Positions 61,414 through 64,000 of a stretch of DNA of 64,000 nucleotides are shown here, in pieces. The stretch spans positions 3,552,001 through 3,616,000 of the forward strand of contig OZ219754.1 in assembly GCA_964291295.2 (NCBI GenBank), given 5' to 3'. The notes below the pieces were generated by a model, which was given only the letters and a program-made list of their open reading frames with translations, was not told the DNA's origin and did no database searches. The position numbers were made by a program, and so were the translations under genes. This stretch comes from an uncultured Candidatus Binatia bacterium (lineage in GTDB: Bacteria > Desulfobacterota > Binatia > UBA9968 > JAJDTQ01). Positions within the stretch are counted from its first letter, which is position 1; the number at the start of each line of letters is the position of its first letter.

Positions 61414-62883
<1,470 letters not shown>

Positions 62884-63056
62884 GCGTGTCTCCTCGAGGC
62901 CCGTGCCGCACGTCATGAAAAGGCTTGCGGCGCAGAACACCCGCACTGGGCGTGTGGAGGATTAAAAAAGACCGGCGGTTCCGTGTCAAGCGTTCACCGG
63001 CATTTGCGGCAACCCTCCGGCGCCCTCTATACTTGCCGCTTCCCGGACCCACCGCC

Positions 63057-63536
63057 ATGAGACACGTCACGATCCATACCGACGGCGCATGCCTCGGAAA
63101 CCCCGGACCGGGAGGCTACGGTGCCGTGCTTCTCTGCGACGGCAAGCGCAGGGAGTTGAGCCGCGGTTACCGCAGAACCACCAACAACCGCATGGAGATC
63201 ATGGCCGTCCTGGCCGCCCTCCGATCCCTGAAGGAATCCTGCCGGGTGACCCTCTACAGCGATTCCCGCTACGTCGTGGACGCCATGGCCAAGGGATGGG
63301 CGGAGCGCTGGCGCGCCAAGGGGTGGAAACGGGGCAACAACGCCCCCACCCTGAATCCCGATCTCTGGGCCGAGATGCTGGAGCTGTCACACCGCCACCA
63401 GGTCGAGTTCCGCTGGGTCAAGGGCCACGCCGGCAACCGGGAGAACGAGCGCTGCGACCAGTTGGCGGTGGCGGCGGCGAGCGGTGGGACGCTGGCGCGC
63501 GACGAGGTGTACGAGCAGAAGGGCGGGAAACAATGA
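63057..63536 (+). CDS. rnhA: ribonuclease HI
   Basis: TDGACLGNPGPGG, TTNNRME, SDSRY, WVKGHAG..ENERCD. Confidence 0.96.
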   Translation: MRHVTIHTDGACLGNPGPGGYGAVLLCDGKRRELSRGYRRTTNNRMEIMAVLAALRSLKESCRVTLYSDSRYVVDAMAKGWAERWRAKGWKRGNNAPTLNPDLWAEMLELSHRHQVEFRWVKGHAGNRENERCDQLAVAAASGGTLARDEVYEQKGGKQ

Positions 63537-64000
63537 AGGTGGGGCTCACCGGATTTTCCCGGGCGGGCAAGACCACCCTGTACAACGCCCTTACGGGCCT
63601 GAACATCGCGGTGGGCGGTTTCGAGGCACGCCGCGAGGCGGCCATGGCGGTGGTCAAGGTGCCGGACCCTCGCGTGGACGCGCTGAGCGGCATCGTCCAC
63701 CCCAGGGAGAAGAAGTACGCGGAGATCACGTTCCTGGACTTCCCGCCGTCGCAGGAACGGAAAGCGGCGCTGGAGACCCGCTCCCTGACGCAACTGCGCG
63801 AAGTGGACGCCCTGGCCCAGGTGGTGCGGGCCTTCGACGACCCGCTGGCCAACGAGCCGCCGGCGCCCCTGCGGGAGCTCGACGCCTTTCAGGCCGAGTT
63901 GATTCTGGCCGACCTGGCCGTCATCGAGAAACGCCTGGAGCGAATCCGCAAGGAGGCCGTGAAGGCACGGGAGCGGGAGCTGGAGACGGCCCTTCTCGAC
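63533..64000 (+). CDS. ychF: YchF-like ATPase, truncated by the window end
   Basis: MKVGLTGFSRAGKTTLYNALT, VKVPDPRVD, ELILADL..IEKRLER. Confidence 0.8.
   Translation, partial: MKVGLTGFSRAGKTTLYNALTGLNIAVGGFEARREAAMAVVKVPDPRVDALSGIVHPREKKYAEITFLDFPPSQERKAALETRSLTQLREVDALAQVVRAFDDPLANEPPAPLRELDAFQAELILADLAVIEKRLERIRKEAVKARERELETALLD

Overview
GC-rich bacterial chromosomal segment. Gene order and content suggest a diderm, Deltaproteobacteria/Binatia-like organism (inference only). 1-35 kb is mostly housekeeping: an LLM oxidoreductase, ilvBNC-psd-pssA-leuA-leuB-asd-truA-leuCD, rpsB-tsf-pyrH-frr-uppS-cdsA-dxr-rseP-tsaB, rho, ribF, tol-pal, pgk-tpiA-secG-tRNA-Leu(GAG), yggS/yggT and a lytic transglycosylase. 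35-64 kb is more accessory: egtD plus a CCG Fe-S oxidoreductase, hydrolases, cinA, an RND pump, two 5'-frameshifted RTX genes with an ISAs1-like remnant, an amidohydrolase-GH84-senA-senB operon, a LysW carrier-protein operon, ALDH, rnhA and a partial ychF. Three leads stand out. (1) A selenoneine operon (senA/senB) carries a cytoplasmic GH84 O-GlcNAcase and no adjacent senC. (2) The lysW-X-Y-Z-J operon lacks lysK but contains an N-terminal-Cys class II amidotransferase-like hydrolase, a candidate LysK replacement. (3) An intrinsic terminator abuts the leuA RBS, and the upstream pssA tail is rich in rare Leu codons, so the tail may serve as the attenuator leader. All calls come from reading motifs by eye; no searches were run.
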